From Azolla caroliniana (taxonomy: Eukaryota > Plantae > Polypodiophyta), in contig JBHGNT010000001.1 in the NCBI GenBank assembly GCA_043228905.1, positions 9,424,001 to 9,488,000 of the forward strand: a stretch of 64,000 nt of DNA, in the 5' to 3' direction. Every line of letters starts with the position of its first letter. Positions within the stretch are counted from its first letter, which is position 1. The position numbers were made by a program, and so were the translations under genes. Below, piece after piece: positions 25,153-37,886 of the stretch. The notes beneath the pieces are model-generated. The model did no database searches, was not told the DNA's origin, and saw only the letters and a program-made list of their open reading frames with translations.

Positions 25153-25747
25153 CTGGGTTGTTCGTTGGCCTAGTCATCCATCCCCCTACTGTTCGCTGCT
25201 TTCCATAGGAATTGTGGTCGCCTAAACTGTGTTATTCCTGGGCCAGACTAGCCACTAACACAGGGTGTCCTTCCGGATCACTTCACCAAAGGGGTGGTTG
25301 TGGTAAGGATTTCCGACCCTGATAGGCTTCAATCGGTTAACGTCCTGTGGAGATCCGATTGACAATACACAGTGTTACACGCGTAAGATCAATACATTAA
25401 ACACAGGACGGAATAAAGATCAGATAGACAATAATAACACGCTCTTTTATTAATGTCTCATCCTTCATACAATGATATCCAGATCCTTTTATAAGCATCC
25501 GGTTTGTGCTACAAAACGGTGCCTAACCGGCAACCGGCTATGAATCGGTCCGGATCCGAATCGGCATACCTCTTACGGATCCATCCATTCCTAACATAAT
25601 TCTTAGTTATTTAATTATATTTCTAGGAACCAACTCGCCTCTTCCTCCTTCCATACTTGGCCGCCAGTGGCCAACAAGGACCGACATGGTCTCTCATGCA
25701 CGTTGGTGTTTGTGTTCCCCGTGAGGACCACACATGGTCACTCACGA

Positions 25748-26821
25748 TGTTGTGAAGTACGAAAGCTTCACATTAAAAATCTACAATAAGATAAATACGT
25801 AACTAAAATAACATTTGATAATGTTTTATATATAAAGATAATATTAACAACACATATGATAATATTAGATATATATGTAAAGAAAAATAATATATATATA
25901 TATAGATAAATATATTATATTACATGAACAAGAGAGGACTTGAACCAATAACCCCACCCTATGACTCTCAAATCTTACCATTTACTCTATACTAGTAATA
26001 TACATAAAATAAACTTTATATATACTTTATATTACATAAAGGATTTGCTTCATGATATAAAAATAAAGTTGTATGTTGTATTCAATAGTATTTTGAGACT
26101 TGAACCCACAACCTCATACACCAAAGTCAACACACCTACCATTAGGCTAGGCCCTTTCTTTTTAAGATTATATTTTCATGTTTATTGTTATTGCATATAT
26201 TGTTTCATACATAAAAGCTCAAATGAGCGAGATGTTTATCATGCATCACATGCATTTCATGCACTACATGCATGACTTGTACCCTCCAATGCATCATATG
26301 CATAGGGGCAGCTATTTAAATGGTGAAAGAGAAGATAAAAGGGAGATAGGTATGAGATATCAATCAAATTATGTATTACATAAGAGATACCATAAAAATA
26401 GAGAAAGAAGGGAAGAACTTAAACATAAACGTAGAGCTCTAACTTGGCAGTCGTGGCGGTTCGAGCCTTATCTTCATCAAAATATTGAAGTGAAGATTGT
26501 AGTGGTCTACGATCAAGAAAGAGAAGAGCAATTACCTTGCAAGACAAAGTTTGGAGGTTCAACGACGTGCACAATCATTTTGTAACTCTTTCATGAAAAT
26601 GATTATAAATTTCATACACTTTCTCATATATTATTTTATATCTTATCTTGTCTTATTTTATATTCCTTAAAAATCCTATTTTGTCATATCTTATTGATCT
26701 CTATTCACTCTATCTCTACTCTTTCGTCTCTTCCGTCCATAATCCCTGTGATTCCTTCCTCACTTTCACGTTATCCTTTGTGTGCGCAACGCTATGCTTC
26801 TAGGCGAGCCACGTCACGACA
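25748..26821 (+). mobile_element. Solo LTR (TGTTGTGA..TCACGACA) with antisense tRNA-like boxes
   Basis: Terminal inverted ends; interrupts the 45-bp repeat array; 4-bp TSD ACGA/ACGC. Confidence 0.7.
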
Positions 26822-27466
26822 ACGCTCGTTGGTATTCGTGTTCCAGTCTTGGGTGAGGACCTCACATGATCGCTCATGCCCGTTGGTGTTCAATACCTCA
26901 TCTTCTGGAAGGGTTACTCCTTGTCTAGGATTTACAAAATACTTTGGAGGTGGTCTAAGATTTTCATCAATAGTATCCCCTTGAGCCAACAACCGGTTTG
27001 GGAAGGCGACGTAAGAAGGGGGATAATGTCACATTCTAGGCTCGAACCTCTGATTTTTGACACACACAATACATTGCGTTGTGTTAACCATATGGAAACT
27101 CTTGTCCACATTCAATTGTGAGCTTGTATATGTTATAGAGTCTAGTGTATAGTACATTCGAGAATATTCTAGTCATTAGTATATTCTAGAATTATTCTGT
27201 GGTATATTCTAAACGGGTATATTCTCGAGAATATTGTAGAGATATTCAATCTCGGAAATTGTACAAATACTTGTAACATCCTTGGTCCCTTTCAAGGGAT
27301 TCAATGCCAGTCATTGACACATCAATCTAGTATTCTTGTTCCATTCCATCTTATCTCCTTCATTTCTGTCTTCATGCTCTTGTGTCATTCCAAGCTTCTT
27401 AAGTTCCACGCTCTTAGACCCATCATCCATGCTCCGTCATAGTCCATGGTTGGTGTGTCCATGACA

Positions 27467-28140
27467 TACATGATGAAAGTGGCGGAAGTGTGTGAGACGG
27501 AGAGCTATGCGGAAACTGCGAAAAATGCGAATTGGCGCGCCGCAATGGAGGAAGCAATGCGGGCACTCGATTAATGCCAACGACAATTGGTACCTGGTTG
27601 AACCTCCCCGACATTGCAAATCGATCGGCTGCAAGTGGTTATACAAGGTGTAGTACAACGCCGATGGTTCGGTGAACCGGTACAAGGCCCAATTAGTGGC
27701 CAAGGGATATGCGGAGACCCACATAATCGATTACAACGAGACCTTCTCTCTGGCAGTGAAGATGACAATGGTACGTGTGGTGCTGGTAGTTGCTGTGGCA
27801 AGGGGGTGACATCTTCACCAAATGGATGTGAAGAATGTGTTTCTTCATGGCGTCCTTGAAGAACAACTCTACATGATTCAACCCCCCAGTTTTCAGTTAG
27901 AGATGAACAAGTTGACAGTGTGCCGGCTCAAGAAGTTGCTCTATGGCTTGAAGCACGCTCCCCGAGCCTGGGATTCGAAGATAATGCACCGGTTACATAC
28001 GATCCGGGTTTGCGGCCTCAAAGTACGACTTTTCATTGTTCATCCGGAAGGGTTCGAAAGGTCCAATATGTAGTTTGTTGTATGTCGACGACTTGGTCGT
28101 TACCAGACCCGACCTCATTGAAATCAGTCGAGTGAAGTCC
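27467..28140 (+). pseudogene. Right part of the old Copia RT interrupted by the chromovirus
   Basis: QMDVKNVFLHG, LYGLKHAPRAW and LYVDDL. Confidence 0.85.
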
Positions 28141-28144
28141 TAGT

Positions 28145-28364
28145 TGTTCTATATCCTTCTCATTCAATCTAAATTAATATTCTTATCTAAATATTGATTA
28201 ATAAAATACATTATACTTGTGGGATTCACAAGTTCCTATCTCTCTTTCTTATAATCTATTCATATTCATAACTAAACTCGTCTCGAATTCTTCCTCCTCC
28301 TAGTCCAAAACCCTAGTGGTTCCCACCCGACTCATGCAACAATCCGGTGCCAAAAGGCACGACA
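28145..28364 (+). mobile_element. 3' fragment of an LTR of the same family as 29669-30565
   Basis: Shared end CCCACCCGACTCA..AAAGGCAC(G/A)ACA. Confidence 0.65.
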
Positions 28365-29668
28365 ATGAAAGCCTAGCCCACACCATCGGTGTCTAAGACA
28401 ATAGTCTTCTGACATAATGTCCTTATGAGGGTAGCCAAGCCTCATATTTATACCTTTTCCTAGGCCCCTTGAATAGATGTGCCTATCTAAAAGGGTCTCC
28501 ATTCATTGGTTGCCCAAATCATGATAGTGCATGCATCTATAATTCCTTCTATCCAATCACACTAGCCGCTTTTTTAACATTAGTGAACATACCCTTGATT
28601 AATGTAAATATACCCTCACCAACTTTATGTGTACATAACAATAAGACTAGTAAGTACTAGGTAGTAGGATTTAATGAGGTACTTTAAAATCACACACACA
28701 GAAAGAGATCAAGAGGGGGGGGGGGGGATCTTTGACACCGATCACGATGTAACAATCTCCCCTTGTGCTATAAAAGGGGAGGCTTGAGCCTGCTTTAGGG
28801 ATCCGTGTTTAGGGAAGGAGGAAGTGCTGTCAGTTTGTGGGCCGAGCTCTCTCTCTCTCTCTCCCACTCTTTGTCTTGTGTACGATTCTAGAAGGAAGCC
28901 TCTCCTCGCGCAGGAAGCCCGTGAGCTCTCGACTAGAGGTTCCTTGATCGGTCTGTGTGTGTGTGAGTGGGGGTGTGTTTTGTAGGGCGAAAGACTCTGC
29001 TACCGGCCGAGCCAGGTTGTATTTTGCTTACCTTAATCTATTCGTTTCGATTGTTCGGGTCGATCTCTTCTCGTTTCGGGTTTTCATCTCTATTTCTGTT
29101 TCTTCGTAATTGGTTTCCCGCTATACCTGCGAACGGTGCGACACGGTTCCTTCCGCGAACCTACACACTCGTTGTCCGACTTCCAGTAACCGACCATGGA
29201 CACCATCACAATCGCTCTTCCTACTGCCAGTCTGACTCGGTTCAAGACCCTCGTGGTTCTGTCCGTTTCAACATGTACTCGTAGAAAACCGTGACATATT
29301 TGGTGAACCCGACGTGAAAAGGGCAGTAGAGGAGTCCGAGGATGAGAGGAAGCGGACACGTTGAAGCCATGGCGGCGACCGTTGACCGCCTAGTGCATGC
29401 ACTACCTGAAGGCCTACCGGGCCGAGATGATGATGAGGGACATATCGGAGGACAAACGGATGGCCGGATTCCCTCGAGGCATTACGCCGAGCATCCACGC
29501 TGAGGTGGTCGAGGTGTGAGCAGACTGCCGTAACTAGACAGAATTCAAGGGGCGGCTCCTCGAAAGGTACGGTTTTGACGACTCGCTCGGTACCTTTCGA
29601 CGACTCCCTCCGGTTGTCGAAGGACTTTATGGATTGGGTAGAGAGCCTCGACAAGGGACAAAATACGT

Positions 29669-30565
29669 TGTCGTAGTGTAATTCGTGCACTACGTGAAAA
29701 ATTACATTTTTGGTCTCTCCGGATAGGACATGGAGTATTCGGTGAGAACTGGAAGGAGGAACCGGTAAGGACCGAAACCGGTAAGGAAACCTGGCAAGAG
29801 CCGGATGAAGAAGGCCAATGAGAGTTGGTGAGAAGAGGACGAAGAGGACCGGTAAGGATAACCGGATGGAATCGGATGAAGGAGACCCAGCAAGAGCCGA
29901 ATGAAGAAGGCCGGTGAGAGCCTCTCACCGGATGAAGAGACATATTTGTAAATAGAAGAAAGTATAAAAATATATATTACATGCATAGGGCAAGATTCGA
30001 ACCTTGCACCTCCATGTTAATAATATTAAGCCTTAACACTATACTAGCATATTATTTCAAAGTTATACTAAACTTTATCCTATGTAAATATTCTTGATAT
30101 GCATGGTTCAAAAAGTTACTCATACATACACACTTGAGTTAAAAGAAAAAGATGGGATAGAAAGCTAATTATGCACATGCAGTGTGCATGAAAACTAAAG
30201 TTTGAAAAAGCATGTTAGATAAAGCATATAGTCTATAGTTAGAGAAAAAGCATGGATTGTGAAGACTCTCTCATCACTATATAAGGATGAGGAGCACAAT
30301 GTAATAGGTGTGTGAAATATTTGGGGAATTGGATATATTTCCTAAAACACCAATTAATATAATATATTCGTGGGATTCATGAAGTTGTGATCAAACTTGT
30401 CTCTTGCTATCTAAATATTGATTAAATACACTAAACTCGAAGGATTCATGAGATTCATAACTTACCTATCTTTCTAATAAATCTGTCCATAACCATAAAC
30501 TTGTCTCAAATTCTTCCTCCTCCCACCCGACTCACGCAAACGATCCAGAGCTGAAAGGCACAACA
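29669..30565 (+). mobile_element. Solo LTR inserted in Gypsy gag
   Basis: TGTCGT..ACAACA ends; 4-bp TSD ACGT; TATA at ~30279; includes a Copia-LTR-like piece at ~29720-29955. Confidence 0.78.
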
Positions 30566-31178
30566 ACGTCGGCTCTGCTTCAGGAGTTCGAAAAGCGGTT
30601 CGCGCGACTCTCGACGCTAGACCAGACTGTCCTCAATACGAGCAAGGTCGTACTGTTTGTGAAGTCGGTCGACGTGCTCGACTGTGAGAAGGTTTTCTCC
30701 TCTTGGAGACGGATGAAAGGCTCACGATCGATTGGGCCGTGGTCAAAAGAGTTTGTAGCTGTTTCGACAAACGGGGCGATTGGAACGACGCAGGGTCGTC
30801 GACGACCGGCTCAGGTGCCGGGAGGAAGCAGTTTTGACGAGAGCGAACGAAATGAGATGGTGGCTTGAGTCAGGCATGACGCCGACCCATGTGGTCGCAA
30901 GACCGCTCGGGGACACAACTCTTAAGGAGCTGACCAAGATGGTGCGCGATCTCCAGATTGCGCACCCGGAGGCCGTCCTTCGATCAGAGGTTCATGTGGT
31001 ATGACGTCGTCGGCCACGCTCGGAGGGATTGTGCCGATTTCGCTGAGGTGCTTAAGAGTAACTTGGTGTACCTTTGGAATGGTCGGGTACACGCCAACGA
31101 TACGCGAAGGGACCTGGAGGTAAATACTGACCGTTGTAGAATGAAAAGGGTAATGGAGGAAGTTGCGGTGTGGCACGC

Positions 31179-31919
31179 TGTCATGAAGATTTTCGAAAAC
31201 GGTGTGAAAATTGTGGAACGAACGAAATCGAGAAGGTCCAATGTGCACGTGTGAAAGGGGAGAATACCACATGCATATGCTAGCATGTTGTAAATAGGAC
31301 TGAAATGAGAATCATAAAAGAAAAGCTAGATGTAAAGTTAAAACATGTGCACGTGTGATGTGCGCTCAATTGTAAATATAAAAATAAGACTAAAGCCTAG
31401 TAACATTTAAGTGCATACATAGGGGTGGAAGCAAGGCTTAAACCTTGCACCTCCAAGATAGGGAACAAATTAACTTACCACTAAAGCCACTACTGAGTGG
31501 TTTAAAATTTGGATATTTTCTTTTCATATTCAGTATTTTGTAGGAAGCAAACATATAGAAACCGTGGGCACAAAACCATGGTTTCAGCTCGTGGTTTTAG
31601 CCCGTGGGTTTAGCCCATGGTTTTTGCATGGAGAGACCTATAAAAGCCTATAGTTGGGCTTGTGTAAAGGAGGCAAGTGATGTAAGTAAAAACAAAAACT
31701 TTTAATCAAAGATCGGAGTTATCCTAATGGTGATGTATCTTGTCTCGTAAAACTAAAGTCAAGGGTTCAATCTCTATCTCAATCTCTCTCTCTCTCCCTT
31801 CATCTATCTATCTATCTTCAATAATTTCTTGCTTATGCTACTAAAAACATCGAATCCTTCCGGTCTAGGACCCCGGTGATCCCGCTTCATTTCGCGAACA
31901 TGTGAGGATTTCCTCGACA
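31179..31919 (+). mobile_element. Solo LTR inserted in Gypsy gag
   Basis: TGTCATGA..CTCGACA ends; degenerate TSD ACGC/TCGT; TATAAAA at ~31639; gag-like sequence resumes at 31920. Confidence 0.7.
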
Positions 31920-34900
31920 TCGTTGAAACCGTCCACTATTCGGCATCTGTCGGAATCCGGGTAGGAGAGGATAGGAGTGTCGAATCTGAATTCTAGCCAC
32001 TAGGGTTGGGAGGCCTGTCAGGGGTAAGACTATGGACCTCGCGGAGAAGCGGGTCTAGGAAGTCACCGGGTGGAGCGCCCCGGTCGAAGAAAAGAGTGGC
32101 TTCGTGGAGGTTGCATGCCAAACCTACAAAGTTCCGGCAGAAGATAAATGGGCCGGGAAGAGCGAAGGAGTTGGACCTTCGAACCGGTACGATACCCACG
32201 GGATGGGACGAACCTGACGAGCTTTCGGTTGAACTCGGTATGATACCCACGGGGCGACGGACTTGCGGAAGGTCTTGGAAGAGTGGATCCTTGATGGCAA
32301 AGTAGAGTTTTCATTGAGGGAAGTGCCATGGATCACAAAGGAGTTCCACGATTCTATCGTGCATCTAGTAAAATGAAAGCGGCTCTCGATAGAGCTTGAG
32401 CCAGAGAAACTCGTAGAGGTGAGAGGAAGTACAAGACTGTGGATCGAAAGGTGAGGCCAGTCGTGGCTCCCTTGCCGGAGGACAGTTGGAAACAGATGAA
32501 AGGGGTCGTGACAGACCCGAGTTTACGAGATCCATCCGACATAGGACACCGGTTCACCGACGAGATGATGTAGAATCTCAAGATTGGTGGGGGTGGCTTC
32601 CTACTGCCCGTGGAGGAGGTCCGGTTTCGGAGGATGATCCAAAGGTACGAGAAAGCCTTTGCATTCTCGCCGGGGGAGATCGGTTGCGTGGACGCGACAA
32701 TCGTTGAATTGATGGTGATCTTCACGTTACCGCACGTCCTGTGGAGTTTGAAACCGATTCCAGTGCCGAGGGCTCACATCCCGAAGCTAATGGAGCTGCT
32801 CAAACAGAAAGTGGAGATGGGCATCCTCGAGCCGTCAAGCTCCCTGTATTCGAATTGGTGGTTTATGGTGTTGAAGAAGAATGGCACACTGCGCTTCATC
32901 CTAGGCCTGCAGTCAGTCAAACAAGTGACCATTCGAAACGCAGGGATCGGGCCGACAATTGACGAGTTTGCGAAGGCCTTCCAGGGAAGGTCGATCTACT
33001 TAGTCGGCAACTTGTACTCCGGATATGACTAGTTCTAGCTGGCCGTGGAGAGTAGGGATATCACAATGATGCGAACCCCTCTTGACCTAGTTTGGATGTG
33101 TACCCTGCCGTAAGGGGGGACCAACTCGGTGGCGCACATGGTGAATGCAATGAATAAAGTTTTGCGGGACTGCATCCTGGACATCACCATGCCTTTCTTG
33201 GATGACATCCCAATCAAGGGATGTCTGGAGGAAGCGAAGGATGAATCGATTGCGCCCGACGGATGCCAGAGGTTTGTTGCGGACCACATCTCTTACTGCG
33301 AGAAGATACTGCAGAGGCTTGAGGGCGCTCAACTTACTGTCTTCGGGGAGAAGTCAGCTTTCAGACAATCCGAGATCCTAGTAATGGGGCACTTGTGCGG
33401 GCCATTCGGCCGGAAACTATGTCCGGCGAAGGTGGAGGGCATCTCCGCGATGAAGGAAGATTGGAGGTCGGTCACGGAAGTCCGATGATTCCTGGGAGCA
33501 TGCACCTTCTACCACATTTGGATCCCACACTATGCGCACCTTGCCGAGCCACTCTACGGGTTGCTGAAGAAGGGTAGGAAGTTCGAATGGGGCGTAGTGC
33601 ACACAGAGGCGGCCCGGAAACTGAAGGAGAGACTGATGACAACACCAGCTCTCCAGAAAGCGGTATACAAGGCGGAAACTTCGGTTTACATAATGATGGA
33701 TACATGTCCGACTGGAATCTTGTGGGTGATTAATCAAGAAGACGAGGACGACACAAGGTTCCCCATCCGGTTCAGTGCAAAGGTGCTGAGCAAACTCTGG
33801 CGTATCGTTTCGGCGGTCAAGGCTGATAAAGACTACTTGACTAGGATGGAAGTTATAATCGAGACAGACTACCTACGGATCATTGGTATGGTTTCCGGAT
33901 GCACGACTCCAGACCTGGCGATGCTCAGGTGGATCACGTACATCAAGTCCCTGAATGCAGAGATACGACAAATCTCTGAACAAAACCATGGCCGATATGC
34001 TCTCAAGAGCACAGTTCGAGAACGAGGATGGCATCATGTCAGAAGACAAAGAGGTCGGCGTGAACTTCTTCGAATCGGATAGAATGTCGGCAAACAAGCG
34101 TAGCACTCCGGCCTTCAACGAGTTCGATGAGGACGGGGAGTGGCTCTAGATTGGTAAGTTCCTAAGCACGATGGTCCGGACACGGCATGGATGAAAGAAG
34201 AAGCAAGCTGGATCCGGAGGAAGGCTTACCGGTTCTTTCTATGGAACGGTAAGATATGGACGCACTCGAAGAGACGGACTGACACACCACTCCGGGTTGT
34301 GGCAAAGATGGAAGAGCAATCGGTGCTCGTCTCAGAGTTCCACGAGAGCCCCTGGTCCAAACACTGGGGCACATGGGCCAAGTTCGAGAAACTAATGGAG
34401 AAGTATTGGTGGCCGGGGATGTATCAGGATGTGCACGATTTCGTAACAACGTGCAAGAGTTGCCAAGTCCATTCAAGAGTCCGGAATCGAGACGAGTTGC
34501 ACCCGACTTACCCGTCGACCTGGTGACGGGTAAGTCCATTTCAAATGGATGGTCGACCTCGTGACGATGCCGATAGGGGTGGGGCAGACGAGGAACTTGG
34601 TGCTCGCTAGAGAAGACCAGAAGACCAGATGGAAGGCCGAGCGTTGACGAACAAGACGATTGTAGCCGTATGCTGGTTCCTGATCGAGGATGTAATTTTC
34701 CAGTACGGGTGTGTGGGTAAGATCATGACTGACCAAGGGGAGTAGGATGCACAGGAAGCTGAGGAGTTGGTCGACCGATTAGGGGTCAAGCTTTCACTCA
34801 CTATGGCGTACAATCTGGAAGCCAACAAGAAGGTAGAGTGCGGGCATGGGCCGATCGTGAAGGCCATATTACAAGCATGTGAGGGTCGAGTGGTAAACTA

Positions 34901-35815
34901 GCCGAGGCTCCTACCTTATACACTATGGGCCGACCGAACTATGCACAGCTTGGTAACCGGGTACATGCCGACGGAACTTATGTTCGGGCAAAAGCTGGTT
35001 ATGTCAGTGGAGCGGATGATATCGTCCTAGATGGCGGTTGACTGGACGGACGAGATGAGCCGAGGGGAGAGTTGCTATTGGCGGCCCATATCCAACAGCT
35101 CGAGTGGAGACCGGAAGACATTGAGCAAGCAACGACGACGAGAACAGAGGAAGCGTGGAAGAGGAACAAGGCTCGGTTGGACCGGACGCACCGACTCCGG
35201 CCAAGGAAGATTGAGGAAGGCGACTGGGTGTTGTTCTACTACAACAACTCGACAATCAGCACCGGTTGACCCAGAAATTTGCACGACGGTGGTTCAGGCC
35301 ATATGTGGTGACAAGCGGCAATGATAATGCGACATACCATCTTGCTGAGCTTAACGGGACGAGGATCGTGGTGCCTGTTGCAGGGAAGTGAATAAAGGCC
35401 TTCAAGAAGTGTTGCAAGATGGAACCAAATCAAGAGCTACAAGAAATGAGAGTGAGGAGCCGGAAGGAGACGTGATCGACGATGGTTTGGGAGTAGACGA
35501 GTAAAGGCTGGGCCGGAATCTCCACCGCTCCACTACTTGGCACATGTCAAAGGATGTGCAATTTGGGGGGGTGGATGTCGTGAAAAATTCCAGCCATAAA
35601 GAGAAATGGGCCCAAGTGCACACAGATGGGTGTGTGCACCGATGCACACGAACCAAGTATTATGTACAAACATAATGTAAATAGCATAAGACTAGTAAGT
35701 ACTCGGTAGTAGGATTTAATGAGGTAGTTTAAAGTAACACACGCACTGATTTAAAGCTTGCTTTAGTGATCCGCGTTTAGGGGAGGAGGAAGTGTTGCTA
35801 GTTTGTGGGCCGAGT

Positions 35816-35865
<50 letters not shown>

Positions 35866-36216
35866 CTGCTCTCTGTCTTGTGTATGATTTTGGAAGGAAG
35901 CCTCTGCTCGCGTAGGAAGCCCGACTAGAGGCTCCTTAATATGTATGCGTGCGTGTGTGGGTGGGGGACTATTTCGTAGAGCGCACGACTCTACTACCAG
36001 CCAAGCCCGGTTGTATTATGCTTAGCTTAATCTATTTGTTTCGATAGTTTGGGTCGATCTCTTCTTGTTTCGGGTTTTCATCTCTATTTCTATTTCTTCA
36101 TAACTGGTTTCCCGCTCTACCTGCGAACTACGCGACACGGTTCCTTTCGTGAACCTACACACTCGTTGTCCGACTTCTGGTAACCGACTAGGCACACCGT
36201 CACAATTGCTCTTCCT

Positions 36217-36481
36217 TGTTATCCGTGGGATTGAAAGTGTATGATTGTAGTGTGAAGTCTTTGTATTAAAAGTCATGTGTAAGTGTATGTGCAAATGTGC
36301 ACATTAGTAAGTGTGAGTATATTAATATGGTAAAGTGGGTCTAGGTTGTTACAAGGTTATGTAACTAGCCTACAAACCCCATTATATGTTCTTGATTTGT
36401 AACCCTCATGTCATGTACGTATATAACCCCACCCAAGGGGACATGAATGAGACTAGTAGAAGTTTTGCCTCTCAATAATTG

Positions 36482-36522
<41 letters not shown>

Positions 36523-36594
36523 CTCTCTCCCTCACGCTCAACCCCTTGGGAAGGGGGTGGAGCTCTTCTTGGCTCCACCCCCCACCCATCAACA
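36217..36594 (+). mobile_element. Solo LTR (378 bp) inside the Gypsy 3' LTR
   Basis: TGTT..AACA ends; TSD TTCCT on both sides. Confidence 0.88.
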
Positions 36595-36674
36595 TTCCTC
36601 CTCCCTCTGACTCCTTGGTTCAAGACCCTCGTGGTCCTGCCCGTTTCAACACATAGTCGCAGAAAACCACGACA

Positions 36675-37330
36675 ACGTTTATACATGACACCTCATAGTC
36701 TAGAGTAGAATGGAATTGTTGAGTGGATGACCCGGACAATTCAGGAATGAATAATGTCCATGCTCCAACACTCTAGACTATTAAATGGCTTCTCGACAGA
36801 GGCCCTACTTATGATAGTACACATAATCAATATGTCACCGAGTAGACCTCTCAGACTTTGAATACCTCAGGAATTATGGACCGGGAGTAAACAAAATTGT
36901 GGCAAGCTGAGGATTTTCATATGCGAAGTGTACGTTCTCAATCCGAAAGATGACCGTCGAAAACTCAAACCGAGGCTATGAACCAGATGATGAGATCAGA
37001 TACCGACTTTGGGACCCCGAGCATAGACAAATCGTCTGAAGTTCGGATGTAGTGTTCAACGAGTCAGTTATGCATAAGATGCCTGAAAGGCCTATTGAAG
37101 TTTGAAGGGTGACTTTTTCTAAAGTGTCGGCCCTTCATGAAGCCCCAACTTATAACACGAGGTCGGTTTCACAAGTAGTCAAATCCTCTTGCACCGAATC
37201 GACTCCAACCGATTTTGGCACAGTGGACATTTCAGCTTCGAACCATCCGACCCAGACACCCAATCAAGCTATCCCAGTCATACCTAGAAGATCCAAAGTG
37301 TCATAGCATTCGGAGAGGTACTCTCTTGGA
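36675..37330 (+). pseudogene. Degenerate Copia integrase fragment
   Basis: TPHS..NGIVE..RTIQE, INMSPS and YRLWDP-like remnants. Confidence 0.65.
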
Positions 37331-37886
37331 ATCTTCTTGATAGATGCCGATGTCGTGGAAATCCACACGTATGTGTCAACTTGGGCGGGACCACGAGGAT
37401 CTTGGACTAGGGAGTAAAAGGGGAAATGGAAGCTTATCCCTTACTGCCTCCAAGCTCAAAAGGGCCTAGAAGAGCCAAGGTTCATCAAAACACACTCCAA
37501 TACAAGGCATGACGGCCACAATATGATTTACAACCAAGGCCGTTTAGGCCAAACTCAAGCACAATCAGAAGAAAACGACAATAGGACTATAGAGAGAGAA
37601 CCAAATCCATACGAGGAAGAAGAAACCCTAACTGACTAGGAAGAAGAAGAAAAACTAAACCTCCCTAACCAAGAGAAAGGAAAATGAGAGACGGGAACCT
37701 AAAACCAAAACCCTAAACAAAATAGGGTGAAGAAGAAGTTGACCTAAAACCCCAATGGTCTACCTCAAAACAAAAAATTGGCAACCCCTTATGGTGCCTC
37801 ATCACCCCCTTTTATAGTAGAAAGCATAGTACGTAATATTCGTGTTCGTTGCCCAAACATTCATTTTCATATATATGCAAACGAAT

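Larger units (their letters stand above)
10987..25676 (-). mobile_element. Non-chromoviral Ty3/Gypsy element with extra 3' ORF region, decayed
   Basis: 447-bp LTRs at 10987-11433 and 25230-25676; TSD ATGAC/AGGAC; gag, PR, IN and an extra ORF on the minus strand. Confidence 0.93.
9440..27466 (+). mobile_element. Non-autonomous chromoviral Ty3/Gypsy element with nested insertions
   Basis: LTRs 9440-9869 and 27027-27466; TSD TACAT; PPT AAGAAGGGGGATAA (27013-27026); gag-like remnant ~10100-10400; chromodomain-like QYLIFWKGY at ~26890; no pol. Confidence 0.9.
28625..36674 (+). mobile_element. Decayed Ty3/Gypsy element with a tRNA-Trp-type PBS
   Basis: 5' LTR (start truncated) ends at 29296; PBS TGGTGAACCCGACGTGA (29301-29317); RT PFLDDIPIKG; integrase H..PW..H...C..CQ; PPT ~35565-35575; 3' LTR 35576-36674. 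Confidence 0.88.

Noticed and set aside
35820-36530. (CT)n and (CA)n microsatellites
   Set aside because: Ordinary components of LTR leader regions
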